Below are positions 36,987-47,180 of a DNA stretch of 62,481 nt, piece after piece; position 1 is the stretch's first letter; the number at the start of each line of letters is the position of its first letter. The notes beneath the pieces are model-generated. The model saw nothing but the letters and a program-made list of their open reading frames with translations, was not told the origin of the DNA and ran no database searches. The translations under genes and the position numbers were made by a program. Source of the stretch: a virus (lineage: Duplodnaviria; Caudoviricetes); IMG/VR virus record IMGVR_UViG_3300020185_000051, positions 1 through 62,481 of that record. The stretch is one strand, 5' to 3'.

Positions 36987-38267
36987 TTAAGAAATCTTAT
37001 TACGCAGCTCTGTTGTTACTTCTGCGTCAATAGCTGTTGATTTCTCAACAGATTCCGTTTTTGGCGCATACATTGCATAGTTAACAAACTTTGCAAGTGC
37101 CATTTTTGTGTTTTGATCCATACTATGTACGTTTTCACTAAGTTGTGCTACTGTGTTTGATAGCTCGTCATTTGTTGAACGTTGTGCAATATATGATAGC
37201 ATACTACTTAGTTTAGCCGTAATACCTTCGTTGCCTGAGTACTTTTTTTGATCTTCATTATTAGGGTTTTCAGGATCGTTTTTATCTAGTTGTAGTCCTA
37301 GATTTTGCTTTGATTCGATCATTGTAAAAAGTTTACCAAATAATTCATTATTCATAGTTGTGATCCTCTGTGTCTCTGAAACAATTCTGTTTACACGAGT
37401 CAAGACATTGTCTAGCCCGCTTTCTGTAAATGTATTATAAGGGAAACGATTTGATATGTCAACCCCTAAATCATCTTCTTCTAGAGTTTCTTTTACCTGC
37501 ACTGGTGTAAATCCTTCATAACCTTTGTTAGTAATAAGAGATTGTACTTTCTTCTTACTTTCTGCAAGCTTTGTTCTAACAAGCTCAATTACATCATTAT
37601 TTGATTCACTTACTAGTTTATTAGTTCTAGTATGCTTGATAAATTTTGATAAGTCAACTACTTCTTCACATAATTCTAAGATTTGTTTGCCTTTTTCATC
37701 ATATGGTGTACCGCCTTCATTAACATGCTTGGTCATTGCTTTTGCGCCAGCCATGTATTTGTGTGGGAAAGCGAATTTTTCGCCTAGTGAATTTTCAATA
37801 AACAAGCTATGAATGTTTCTGCTTCTTGCGCCACGTTTTTCTTCATTTACACCTTTGGTGTGTTTTATGATTAGTTTTGCATTTGCGCTTGGAAGGTAGC
37901 TAGTTTTAATGCTACCAAATGCTTTACCAAATGCACTTTCTTGTACACTTTGATGGCTAAAGTCTTTTGGTTCTATTTTTTTATCGAAGTTTCTCACTGT
38001 AAATTCACCTAAATTGTTGTGTGTTACCTTTTTAATAGCTATAATCAATTTTTCATTATCTGTAATGTCATAATCCATGCCTGCTTGCACTGCTACTTCT
38101 AGGTTCTTATTTTCTGTTCTAACTGAAACCATTAAGTCTTGATCATATGCATAGAAGCGAGTAGCTTCTGATGGATCTAAGGTTTTTGCGCCCGCTAATG
38201 TAAACAAACGTAGTTTATAGTTAGCGCCTTTTAAAATGTTAAATATTTCGTTAGATACTTGATCCAT
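36987..38267 (-). CDS. Putative virion/head-associated protein
   Basis: 426 aa; late promoter at 38295; VQES/VSES/FTES sites; GARSRNI...GAKAMTKHVNEGG motif. Confidence 0.65.
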   Translation of the reverse strand: MDQVSNEIFNILKGANYKLRLFTLAGAKTLDPSEATRFYAYDQDLMVSVRTENKNLEVAVQAGMDYDITDNEKLIIAIKKVTHNNLGEFTVRNFDKKIEPKDFSHQSVQESAFGKAFGSIKTSYLPSANAKLIIKHTKGVNEEKRGARSRNIHSLFIENSLGEKFAFPHKYMAGAKAMTKHVNEGGTPYDEKGKQILELCEEVVDLSKFIKHTRTNKLVSESNNDVIELVRTKLAESKKKVQSLITNKGYEGFTPVQVKETLEEDDLGVDISNRFPYNTFTESGLDNVLTRVNRIVSETQRITTMNNELFGKLFTMIESKQNLGLQLDKNDPENPNNEDQKKYSGNEGITAKLSSMLSYIAQRSTNDELSNTVAQLSENVHSMDQNTKMALAKFVNYAMYAPKTESVEKSTAIDAEVTTELRNKIS

Positions 38268-38309
38268 GTCATGGTTTCCTTATATTACTATAGTTATTTA
38301 TGCTTTTTA

Positions 38310-39866
38310 TTATAAAAAGCTCATTGGCATTGGGTCATCATAATCATCGTCACTGTCAGCGTCAAAATAATCATATGCACCTTCTTCATATTTGGTAATT
38401 TCCAATGACATTCTGATGATTAATATCAATGCCATAACTAAATCATCATGTTCGCCTTCTTTAGCACTAAAACTATTTCCACGAGCAATAAATGTTTTAA
38501 GCTCTCTAAGTAAATTTTTACTAGCTACTTCACATTTATTTGTTTCTATCCATTGTTTGAGTTTTGCACATGCACTAATTTTACTTTTATGTGTAGTAGT
38601 AAATCCTTTACGATGTGTTTTAGCATTGCCGTGAGCTTTTGGTTGATTTAAGAATGTGCCTGGAAAGTGCTCTTCTCCTATTTCTTCAATCATAACCAAT
38701 CCTGCTTCCCCTAGAGTATTATTTTCTAAACTCCAATATATTTCACTTGTACCGTCAGTTTCACTTTCTATATGTTGACATATTTTTTGCATTATTTTAA
38801 CTTGCTGTTGTATAGGGGTTCTATTATGTTGCCATTCTGCTGCTTGTTTCATTCCAGGAAGTTCATATACTTGTATAGCAGAGGCATCGCCTCCTGTACC
38901 TAAGCTAGGATCTAATGCAATCACATATATTTTTCCTTTAACTACTGGCTTATACCAACGTATTTGCCCCATCCTACTATATGGATCTACTCCACTCATT
39001 GATGCAAGTTTAATACTATCAATAAGTGTTTCATCAAATGCAATGAATTCATTTAAGTGTTCACGACGGAAACGTTCTTCACCAATTTTATTTTGTTCTT
39101 CATCTGCCCAGTCTTGATCTCGATCTGGATGTGCTTTCCAATCAGCACTATATGACCTAAATCCATTTCTACCTGTTTCTTTTTCGTTACCAAAATCATC
39201 AGTACGCCTAGTTGCTTCACGCCAAATCTGTGCAAATTGGTCATCATCTTGATTTGGTGTGCTTGTAATGATACATTTACCACCAGTACTTAATGTGGGT
39301 GATAGTGCGGTCCAAAATTCACGAGCAATGTTAGGACGCACAAATGCAAACTCGTCTAAGTATGCTAATGATATGGACATACCACGTCCTGTGTTGTCTG
39401 TTGTAGCCTGTGCTACAATACGTGATCCGTTATCAAATTCAATACTACCTTTGTTATAATTAACTGCGCCAGCTCTTAAAAAATCTGGCAATGTTTCGTA
39501 TGCGAAACGTATTCTTGACATAATTTCTTGCGCACCGCTATATTTGTGTGCGGCGATTAGAATAGTTTGATCTTGTATAAACATCGCATACCACAGCAAA
39601 TATGCGGCCGCCGCTGTTGACTTGCCCATTTGTCTACTAATTAGTGCAATACTATATCTATAATCATGATATGAATCAATAAGTTCTTCTTGATAATCAA
39701 ACAAATCAAACTTCATACGTCCTTTAACAGGATGTTGGATCCAGCAATATTCTTTAATAAAATATTTTGGATCTTGTGTACATTTTACAAGTTCTGTAAG
39801 TTGATCTTGTGTAAACTTTTCTTTCTTATATGGTGCTTTTACTAGGTTTGTATTTTGTGTTGACAT
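38310..39866 (-). CDS. gp17: Terminase large subunit
   Basis: SRQMGKS Walker A, YLDEFAF Walker B, ITSTPN, ALDPSLG, HDDLVMA. Confidence 0.95.
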   Translation of the reverse strand: MSTQNTNLVKAPYKKEKFTQDQLTELVKCTQDPKYFIKEYCWIQHPVKGRMKFDLFDYQEELIDSYHDYRYSIALISRQMGKSTAAAAYLLWYAMFIQDQTILIAAHKYSGAQEIMSRIRFAYETLPDFLRAGAVNYNKGSIEFDNGSRIVAQATTDNTGRGMSISLAYLDEFAFVRPNIAREFWTALSPTLSTGGKCIITSTPNQDDDQFAQIWREATRRTDDFGNEKETGRNGFRSYSADWKAHPDRDQDWADEEQNKIGEERFRREHLNEFIAFDETLIDSIKLASMSGVDPYSRMGQIRWYKPVVKGKIYVIALDPSLGTGGDASAIQVYELPGMKQAAEWQHNRTPIQQQVKIMQKICQHIESETDGTSEIYWSLENNTLGEAGLVMIEEIGEEHFPGTFLNQPKAHGNAKTHRKGFTTTHKSKISACAKLKQWIETNKCEVASKNLLRELKTFIARGNSFSAKEGEHDDLVMALILIIRMSLEITKYEEGAYDYFDADSDDDYDDPMPMSFL

Positions 39867-40715
39867 TTAGTCTTTCTCTCTTGCTATCAAATCAATTATA
39901 ATACTATATCTAGATACTTTTGTTTCGTTTGGATTCGGGATAACACGATGATATGTTGGTTGATGTCCAAACTCTTGACTATCTTCTCCAAAAAAGAATA
40001 ATGTTTTATTTTTCATTAGTCCAGGGATATAGCTATATTCTCCATCTTCTCCAGTGTAGCTTGCCTGAAACTCCTGTACATCTTCTCCTAAATGCAAACC
40101 TCCTAATGATTCGTCGCAATGTGTAGGTCCCCATACGTTAGTATTGTATACACGTTGTTCATAAGAATTTTCATCTGTGGCAAATGGGCAATCATATTTT
40201 ACTGCCATAAAGTTAGTATGAAACTTATATTTGTCGTGAATACCAGTATATAAGTTATTAAAATAATATCTTAGTACTTCATCAAAATCTTGTTTCATGC
40301 TTATAAAGTATTCACTTAATGGGTCTGGATCATTTCCTTGACTTAAATAGCTCTGATATTTCATAATATTTTTGTCTTGTATATAAAGTTTTTTACGTTC
40401 TACAAATTCATGCTTACTAATATCTTTTGCATATATAGTTGCATTTGGTATTTTTGTATCAATTGATATATTAAAATAGGGATGATCGTTATACGCAAAA
40501 TTAAACTTAGTTGTTGGTTCATCAGAGTATAATCGTAGATCTGATCTATCTATAAGATCAAGTGAAGGATATTGGTTAAAAAATTCCTCTAAGCGGTCCC
40601 ATCTATCAGCGTAATCAGCACACAAGGAAACATCTGTGCATAATATTGGCTGATTTAGATTGATGTCTTCTGGTAATACTACTCTTGTCATGATCTTTTT
40701 TGAATCCATAACCAT
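39867..40715 (-). CDS. 2OG-Fe(II) oxygenase (IPNS-like motif set)
   Basis: HCD...HRV...RYS (HxD...H...RxS). Confidence 0.7.
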   Translation of the reverse strand: MVMDSKKIMTRVVLPEDINLNQPILCTDVSLCADYADRWDRLEEFFNQYPSLDLIDRSDLRLYSDEPTTKFNFAYNDHPYFNISIDTKIPNATIYAKDISKHEFVERKKLYIQDKNIMKYQSYLSQGNDPDPLSEYFISMKQDFDEVLRYYFNNLYTGIHDKYKFHTNFMAVKYDCPFATDENSYEQRVYNTNVWGPTHCDESLGGLHLGEDVQEFQASYTGEDGEYSYIPGLMKNKTLFFFGEDSQEFGHQPTYHRVIPNPNETKVSRYSIIIDLIAREKD

Positions 40716-41407
40716 TTTTGATAATCTTTATTTTCTATATGCCATTTATTAATATCTGGTTCTTGGAACTTATGAGTTTCTAAGTTTGCAATAGATATTT
40801 GTCCAGTCTGTTCCATGTTTAACGTTGTTTCATTTGACAAAGTATGATCTTTGTACACTTCAGTATATAGATTTACATATCTATATCCTAATCTTGTAGT
40901 TATATTTCTAATATTTGTTATAACGTCAAACCTATTACTGTCATTCATTGGATAAGTGTCCATTAATTTATCAGCAATTTCTAGTTGTATATTATGTGAT
41001 TCTTCTGCAAAAAAACGTAATAACATTTCTAAACAACTACTAGCATATATAGTTTCATTAAAATATCTTGATTCTGCTGTATTAAGATTTCCCATATTGC
41101 TTATGTGCATTGTTATTTTAAATGTATTAGGATCGTATCCGAGTTTTTCTTCGCTTATACGGTCAAGACTAATAAGATGTTTTATTTGTTGCATTACAGA
41201 TTTGTATTCTTCTTCCCAAGGATTTGTGCATGATTGTGGTATTTTTAAATCAATACTTCGAAACATATTGGCTCTATCAGACCAAAACATATCTTTAATA
41301 AACGCATCAGTTTTAACATAATTGCAGGTTTCGCTGTAATTTAAAGTATAATTTTCAATAGGCTCTGATGGTTCAATTACAATGGCAGGGTATAGTTGTT
41401 TCTTCAT
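40688..41407 (-). CDS. Hypothetical protein
   Basis: 239 aa; late-type promoter at 41429. Confidence 0.6.
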   Translation of the reverse strand: MKKQLYPAIVIEPSEPIENYTLNYSETCNYVKTDAFIKDMFWSDRANMFRSIDLKIPQSCTNPWEEEYKSVMQQIKHLISLDRISEEKLGYDPNTFKITMHISNMGNLNTAESRYFNETIYASSCLEMLLRFFAEESHNIQLEIADKLMDTYPMNDSNRFDVITNIRNITTRLGYRYVNLYTEVYKDHTLSNETTLNMEQTGQISIANLETHKFQEPDINKWHIENKDYQKWLWIQKRS

Positions 41408-41437
41408 AATTAACTACTCACTTTATATTATTTATCT

Positions 41438-41468
41438 AAAAAAAAGGAGAAGGTAAAAACCCTCTCCT
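41438..41468 (-). terminator. Intrinsic terminator
   Basis: AGGAGAGG...CCTTCTCCT stem plus T8. Confidence 0.7.
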
Positions 41469-41498
41469 CAAGTTGTCTAGTCTAGCTAGATATTATTT

Positions 41499-42599
41499 TT
41501 ATTTTTTTGCATTGTATGCTGCAGTCAATGCCTCTGGTGTATGACTTTCGCTTACTTGTACTTTCATGTCCTGTGCGTCTAAGTAACGCTTTAGACTTAG
41601 GTTAACACTTTGTGCCATTTCATATGCTTCGCCGTGATCAGTTGGATCTATTTCACCAACACCTTCAGGTGTATTAGCCCACTCTGTTAATTTTTCCTCA
41701 ATTGCTTCTGATGTGAAACCTGAGTTCTTTAATAGTGTAATTAACTGTGTTGTATCCATTGTAGGTGCTTCGTTTACTGACTCAGTTTTGCAACCACAAT
41801 CACTCGCACAATCACATGGATCATTTCCACAACAACCACATGAAGATTCTTCTAGCTCTTCTGATTCAAACTGAATGTCATCATCTAGTTGGTGTGCTGT
41901 ATCTTTCTTCATTGTAGTTTTGTGTGTCTTACCACCAAACTCAAATGTGTCTTTACCTGCACGTGCCGCTGCCGCTGCCGCTTGGTTAAATGCGTTTTCA
42001 TCTAAATCGTCTTCTTCCAATGATTCCCATGGTGCTTTTGCTACTGATACTTTTTTACGCTTCTCACCACGCTCTGGTTCGTCTGATTTAGCAAAAGCAC
42101 GTTTCATTGCTTTTTCTCTTTCTTCATCTGACTCGTCTTTATCTGAACCTTTTGCTTCGTCTAGATCATCGTCCATGTCCATTGGTAGATCATGGTGGCG
42201 TCTAAAGTCTGCAACAAATTCTTCAATTTGGTCGACGCTTAGATAACGTACTAGCTCATCTAATACTAGTTTATGTGAACTTAACTCGTCAGCCAAGTTG
42301 TTCGCCACATCGTCAACCAAGTCATATAGCGGATCTGCACTGTCGCCTACTGCTTCTTCAACTTCTGCTTCTGCCATATCTGCAGATACTTTAATGTCTG
42401 CATCGCCATCGCCATCTACATCAATATCAATCCAATGATCGCCATTTTTGTCATGTGCATCGTTTTCACAATCTGTTGTTGGGTGACCCATTTCATCACC
42501 GCAATCCCTGCATACTTTTTTTTCATTGCTTTCATCTTCAGCTACTGTTTTAAAGCCAAGACCAGCAAGACTTAAGATTCTACCTATATCATCACTCAT
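41499..42599 (-). CDS. Acidic modular protein, putative head-internal
   Basis: Very D/E-rich; Cys clusters; many [LIV]xE sites; WANTP and LKRYL motifs. Confidence 0.65.
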   Translation of the reverse strand: MSDDIGRILSLAGLGFKTVAEDESNEKKVCRDCGDEMGHPTTDCENDAHDKNGDHWIDIDVDGDGDADIKVSADMAEAEVEEAVGDSADPLYDLVDDVANNLADELSSHKLVLDELVRYLSVDQIEEFVADFRRHHDLPMDMDDDLDEAKGSDKDESDEEREKAMKRAFAKSDEPERGEKRKKVSVAKAPWESLEEDDLDENAFNQAAAAAARAGKDTFEFGGKTHKTTMKKDTAHQLDDDIQFESEELEESSCGCCGNDPCDCASDCGCKTESVNEAPTMDTTQLITLLKNSGFTSEAIEEKLTEWANTPEGVGEIDPTDHGEAYEMAQSVNLSLKRYLDAQDMKVQVSESHTPEALTAAYNAKK

Positions 42600-43080
42600 T
42601 GTCTTTTTCCTTTGTTTTTCGTAGCTTTAATAACTCTTGTACAAAGCTAGTGTTATATTTGTCGCCAAAGCTGTCTTCAGCTTTGTTTTCTTCAGCTTCC
42701 TTATAATCAGGATCAGCTAAAATGCTGTCTCCCTCATTAGGCGCATCATGTTCATCAGGCTCGTGTGCGGCACGTACCTTCATAATCCCATCATTTAATC
42801 CTAGCATATTCTGCAATTCGATTTGGATTTGGTATCCACTTGCTACCATGTTTGTTTCAAATTCAATACAGAAGATCTCATAACCACGTAAATGTGGGAA
42901 ATCTACTGGTGTTGATTGTAACATTAATTTTTTAGGGGCTGATACTTTTGAAACGTCATATTTGATTAAATGACGTTCGATGCGATCAACATCTGAATCT
43001 GATGGCTCGCTTGCCATTTTAATTTTGAATTTATAAGTCTGCTTAGACTCATTCAAGTATTCTATGTACGACTTCCTCAT
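42592..43080 (-). CDS. Conserved putative head protein
   Basis: Starts MRKSYIEYLNESK; late promoter at 43105; SD GGAG. Confidence 0.7.
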   Translation of the reverse strand: MRKSYIEYLNESKQTYKFKIKMASEPSDSDVDRIERHLIKYDVSKVSAPKKLMLQSTPVDFPHLRGYEIFCIEFETNMVASGYQIQIELQNMLGLNDGIMKVRAAHEPDEHDAPNEGDSILADPDYKEAEENKAEDSFGDKYNTSFVQELLKLRKTKEKDNE

Positions 43081-43103
43081 GAAATTGTTCTCCAGTATTA
43101 ATA

Positions 43104-43652
43104 TTATTTATCTTTTTCTGTCATATTGGCCATGATTTCTGCTAGCATACTACTACGATCACCCACAACTCTGCCCTCTATTGTGTCTTGTCTGTCATCA
43201 TCGTCATCTGATAATGATTTTAGTTTAGCTTCTGACTCACGTTCTTGGATATCTAGTTTTTGCTTGCGCATTTGCAATTCTATCATTTTTAGCTTTTTAT
43301 CTATCTTAGCTTGTTTGGCCTGCATACCAGCAGTTAACATCTTACTCGCACTATCATATATAGGAGCAACATGTCTATCCTCTACATTTTTTCCTAAATC
43401 TATTAAGTCTTGGAATGTATCCATAGCTTTTTGTGCATATTCGTCCATTTCACGTTCTAACTGATCCATGCCATCAACTAATGGCAAAGCAGCATCTACT
43501 TTTTCGCTTAACTCCATTGAATGTTGGGTTGTTATCATTGTTGACTGAATCTTTTCTAAATCAAGCTCTTCAGTCGGTTCTTCAGCATCTGGATCATATT
43601 TCAGATCATCAATAGATGGTAGGTCAAATTCTTCCTCAAGTTTCTTTGTCAT
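43104..43652 (-). CDS. Putative terminase small subunit
   Basis: Helical; DLIDLGKNVEDRH...AKIDKKLKMIELQ...VGDRSSML; position near gp17 and gp4. Confidence 0.5.
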   Translation of the reverse strand: MTKKLEEEFDLPSIDDLKYDPDAEEPTEELDLEKIQSTMITTQHSMELSEKVDAALPLVDGMDQLEREMDEYAQKAMDTFQDLIDLGKNVEDRHVAPIYDSASKMLTAGMQAKQAKIDKKLKMIELQMRKQKLDIQERESEAKLKSLSDDDDDRQDTIEGRVVGDRSSMLAEIMANMTEKDK

Positions 43653-44247
43653 TCTCTCGTCTCCATGTTTCTATAAACATATTACACATATCTAAATTTA
43701 GCTCAATATCAAATTTCTTAAAATGGCGATTTAGTAAAAATATAATCTTGTCAGTATTGTAAAATAAATCATAAGGATCTAATGTTATGTATTCACGTTT
43801 ACCTAATATATTTGATGCTCTTTCTAACATCTTCTCTCTATCTTTGTGCATATGATTTTCTATATATCCACCTAAATGTGAAAGCTTCTTTAATACGTTA
43901 TTGTGTACAAATTGTACACTTTCTTTACTCCTGGGAAACATTAATATTATTAATGATTCATCCCATATGTCATATCTAGTTCTTAAAAATTCATCAGTAT
44001 CACAGCTATGATGAAATAGAGCATGATCATGCTCACGTAAGATATTAACTCTATTTTCACAAAAACTATGCCTATCAAAAGAGCTAGGGTCTAGATGAAA
44101 AAATTCTGGTCCAATAATATTCCAACGGTTTTCAGTTTGCATGTATAAATTAGTTGGGCATGCCCCTTCATGTTGACTAAGCAACCAAGTAAAGAACTCT
44201 CCTCCACTTCCTGGAGTATATATTACTGTTAACGCTTTGTTATACAT
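43636..44247 (-). CDS. Sulfotransferase-like protein
   Basis: TVIYTPGSGGEFFTWLL loop-helix, ILREH, LDPYDLF. Confidence 0.55.
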   Translation of the reverse strand: MYNKALTVIYTPGSGGEFFTWLLSQHEGACPTNLYMQTENRWNIIGPEFFHLDPSSFDRHSFCENRVNILREHDHALFHHSCDTDEFLRTRYDIWDESLIILMFPRSKESVQFVHNNVLKKLSHLGGYIENHMHKDREKMLERASNILGKREYITLDPYDLFYNTDKIIFLLNRHFKKFDIELNLDMCNMFIETWRRENDKET

Positions 44248-44686
44248 CTTTTTTATCTTTAGATAACATTTTTAGCATTTCTATTCGCTCCTGCTCAATT
44301 CCATCTCGTGTTAATATATCAGCATCTGGTTCTATAACATTTGGCTCACCAAACATAAAATCTTCTGGATCTACAGTTACATATGTTGGGCCATCTATTC
44401 TAGTAACACTATAATGATCTTGTTGTGTAAATTTGTTACGTAAGAAACAATCTACTTTTTGTACATAATTCCATCCATAATCAGTAAAAATATAAACTTT
44501 AGTTATTGTGCCATCATCTTCAAGTATATTAGTATACTTCCATATCTGCTTAGTTCCCCATAAATGTCTCATCATTAAAACATTTTCTAAGTTTGGACTG
44601 TATGCTACAATAAAATCACGTTCTTGATCTAAACTATCCCATGGGCCATCATTCCTAGTGTATTTCAATGTAATACTGTAAGGCAT
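44240..44686 (-). CDS. Hypothetical protein
   Basis: 148 aa, coupled overlaps. Confidence 0.6.
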   Translation of the reverse strand: MPYSITLKYTRNDGPWDSLDQERDFIVAYSPNLENVLMMRHLWGTKQIWKYTNILEDDGTITKVYIFTDYGWNYVQKVDCFLRNKFTQQDHYSVTRIDGPTYVTVDPEDFMFGEPNVIEPDADILTRDGIEQERIEMLKMLSKDKKDV

Positions 44687-45333
44687 TAGATATTTAAAAA
44701 CTCACCTGGCTTCATTCTATCCATACAGGTTTGATAATCATCGTATATACTAATTTGGAGATAAACTCTTTCAGCAGCTACATCGCCTGTATTTCTAACA
44801 CCATGTACTTTTTCTACATTCATAATATTTGCATGTGTATTTGAATATCTAAAAGATCCTAGATAATAATCTTCGTCATGCTCTCCAGCACCTGCACCAT
44901 GTGAAGTTACTTTGGGCTGTTCACCAAGTATATCATTATCATAATAATCTACCATTGCTCCGCCATCAGTTGGAAATATTGGAAACATTATACAACTTCT
45001 TCTACTAAAATCAATATGCGGATGAAATAAAAATCCTGGCTGATATACTGTTACTGCTATATTACCGTGTGTAATTGGCTGTGTAATGGGATTAAACTTT
45101 TCTACTAGTTCTGCCACTTCTGGATAGTGCAAGAAACTTCCACCGTCCTCCAAATCGTCTACTTTGATAGACTTAAATAAGCCTTTAGTTGCACGTTTGC
45201 GCAATGAACTATAATCAACTGCATGCTCTTTTACCTTTTCATAAAATTTTTGTAATTTTTCTATGTCGTAAGGTATTTGGTCAATGGTACATATTCTATC
45301 AGCAGCATCTTGTGGGGTTATCTCTCTGATCAT
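44686..45333 (-). CDS. 2OG-Fe(II) oxygenase
   Basis: HPHID...IMFP...VHGV...ERVYLQ. Confidence 0.75.
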   Translation of the reverse strand: MIREITPQDAADRICTIDQIPYDIEKLQKFYEKVKEHAVDYSSLRKRATKGLFKSIKVDDLEDGGSFLHYPEVAELVEKFNPITQPITHGNIAVTVYQPGFLFHPHIDFSRRSCIMFPIFPTDGGAMVDYYDNDILGEQPKVTSHGAGAGEHDEDYYLGSFRYSNTHANIMNVEKVHGVRNTGDVAAERVYLQISIYDDYQTCMDRMKPGEFLNI

Positions 45334-45358
45334 TATATATTCCTTTATATAGTTCTAT

Positions 45359-45808
45359 TTATTTTTTTCTTCTTTTGCTTTTATTAGGCTTGTTAAATAT
45401 TTCTCGCTCAGTAATAACACGAAAGCCAAGACCTTGTGATTTGCACCACGCTCTTGCGGCTTCCCATTTAGCTGCATTAACAACTGCCGCTAGTTTGTCT
45501 TGTTGACTTTTAGCTTCGCCAAGTATTTGTGAGCTGGGTTTAATCTCTACCATCTCAGCATGCTTTTGACCTTTTTTATCCTGATACACCATAAGTATAT
45601 CAGGTACATAGTTTGTATTTTTTCCAGTTAATGGATTTCTATAAGGGATACGATGTGTTTCGCTTCCCCACCCAATAATGGCAGGATGATTATCGCACAT
45701 ACGAAAAACAGTAAGCTCCCAACCACTGCGATAATGTGGAGGGCGCTTACTTAAATATTTTTGTGGGTTTTGTGGTATGTATTCTCCACTTTGAAATTTA
45801 CGTGCCAT
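45359..45808 (-). CDS. gp4: Head completion nuclease (gp4-like, TnsA-like fold)
   Basis: PQNPQKY, YRSGWE, WGSE, YVPD, VEIKP, NAAKWEAA, FRVITE. Confidence 0.88.
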   Translation of the reverse strand: MARKFQSGEYIPQNPQKYLSKRPPHYRSGWELTVFRMCDNHPAIIGWGSETHRIPYRNPLTGKNTNYVPDILMVYQDKKGQKHAEMVEIKPSSQILGEAKSQQDKLAAVVNAAKWEAARAWCKSQGLGFRVITEREIFNKPNKSKRRKK

Positions 45809-46441
45809 TTATTTAGATGTCACATCAAATCCTTCGTATGATATTTCAATACGAATTTGTGCCATTGAACTTTCACTGTAGTTAAGTGTATCGCCGCTAA
45901 CCCCTGTAATCATCGGACTGTATATAGTAATAAGGTTTTGAGGGTTCTCAGCGTTAGAATCAAGTCCACGTTCGATTTCAATTTTATCAATAAAATATTT
46001 ATCGTCAACTAAATTTAATCCTTTGCCGCTGCCTGCGGCTGCAAAGTTTGGACCAATTATATCAGTATAGTTATTTTCAGTTTTTCCGTCTGAATTCATT
46101 GGACCTCCAGAATAGTAATAATCCATATATTCTTTTAGAAACTTTTCTATTTCAGCATCACGTGTATCGTATGCATTGATATATATTGGAGTATATTCTA
46201 ATCCAACATTGGTAATTCTTTTTCTATTGTATTGATTAAGCACTGCTGTTCGTAAAATACTGCCTGGTAACTGTATTTCACTTATTCTTTCAATTACCAG
46301 CGGCTTCTTAACAGAAGTACCTTTGTGGTAAATAATTGTTTTAAAATCCCATCTACTTCGTGGAAGGAGCATATTATCGCTCCCTCCGCTAGAAGATTGG
46401 TTGTAAACAGATGCTGCTAAACTACCTAAATAGCTACTCAT
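45809..46441 (-). CDS. Tail tube-like paralogue / baseplate-tube initiator
   Basis: IQLPG...LNQYNRKR...YTPI...DTLNYSES...ISYE resembles the tube fold. Confidence 0.6.
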   Translation of the reverse strand: MSSYLGSLAASVYNQSSSGGSDNMLLPRSRWDFKTIIYHKGTSVKKPLVIERISEIQLPGSILRTAVLNQYNRKRITNVGLEYTPIYINAYDTRDAEIEKFLKEYMDYYYSGGPMNSDGKTENNYTDIIGPNFAAAGSGKGLNLVDDKYFIDKIEIERGLDSNAENPQNLITIYSPMITGVSGDTLNYSESSMAQIRIEISYEGFDVTSK

Positions 46442-46462
46442 GTTAAGTAACTCCTAGTTTGT

Positions 46463-47074
46463 TTATGTTGTCGCTGTTGATGAGTTATTGCCTGATACAA
46501 CTGTCTGATCAGATAATAAATCAGCACTGTTGCTTTTCACATGATGTGATGCATTGTCATAACGAATCGTTGCTGTAATTTGTACTGCATCTGATGTTGC
46601 GTAGTTTAAGTCACCATACTGAATATTTGGAATAAAGCAACCTGCTAATTCCCATGTTTCTAAAACTGATTCTGATCCATCATTGCCGCCGTCTAACATT
46701 TCAATTTTCATCTGAAATTTATAATCACCACCTGCATTTGCTGATGATTGATCTTCATGATCAACTTGTTTATTTAATTGTGCGCCAAGCTCAGTGATTA
46801 CACCACTATTAACATCATCACGAATTACTAGAGTAATATCTTGCCATGTATGTTTGCCTGCTAGGCGGATTTTTGAGTTGTATGTATCAATTGTTACGTC
46901 ATCATGATCAAGTGCCGGACGAGTTACTGAAACAACATTTCTTGCTACAACAGTAGCAGCGCTCTTATTACCGATATTTGTAAAGGTAACACGGAAGCGG
47001 TATTGTAGTTTAGGCATTAGCGATGCCCCTGTGGCTCCAGTTGCTGGAACTCCAAAATTTGTTAATACAGCCAT
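46463..47074 (-). CDS. gp19: Tail tube protein
   Basis: MPKLQYRFRV, AGKHTWQDITLVIRDD, WELAGCF, LNYATSD, IRYDNA; follows sheath. Confidence 0.85.
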   Translation of the reverse strand: MAVLTNFGVPATGATGASLMPKLQYRFRVTFTNIGNKSAATVVARNVVSVTRPALDHDDVTIDTYNSKIRLAGKHTWQDITLVIRDDVNSGVITELGAQLNKQVDHEDQSSANAGGDYKFQMKIEMLDGGNDGSESVLETWELAGCFIPNIQYGDLNYATSDAVQITATIRYDNASHHVKSNSADLLSDQTVVSGNNSSTATT

Positions 47075-47127
47075 TTAATTATCTCCTTATTAAACTATTC
47101 TATATAATGTATTTATGCTTCTTAGTC

Positions 47128-47166
47128 AAAAAAATAGGACAGATTAATCTGCCCTATTTTATTTTT
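47128..47166. terminator. Intrinsic terminator after the sheath gene
   Basis: AAAATAGG-A-CAGA-TTAA-TCTG-C-CCTATTTT with T/A tracts on both sides. Confidence 0.75.
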
Positions 47167-47180
47167 GCTATATCTATAGT

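Noticed and set aside
7826-39866. Introns or inteins in nrdA, helicase, uvsX or terminase
   Set aside because: All are continuous and of normal length, with no splicing motifs or homing endonuclease
45359-45808. TnsA-like nuclease as a sign of a transposon
   Set aside because: Matches gp4-type head completion protein in a morphogenesis context; no other Tn7 genes or ends
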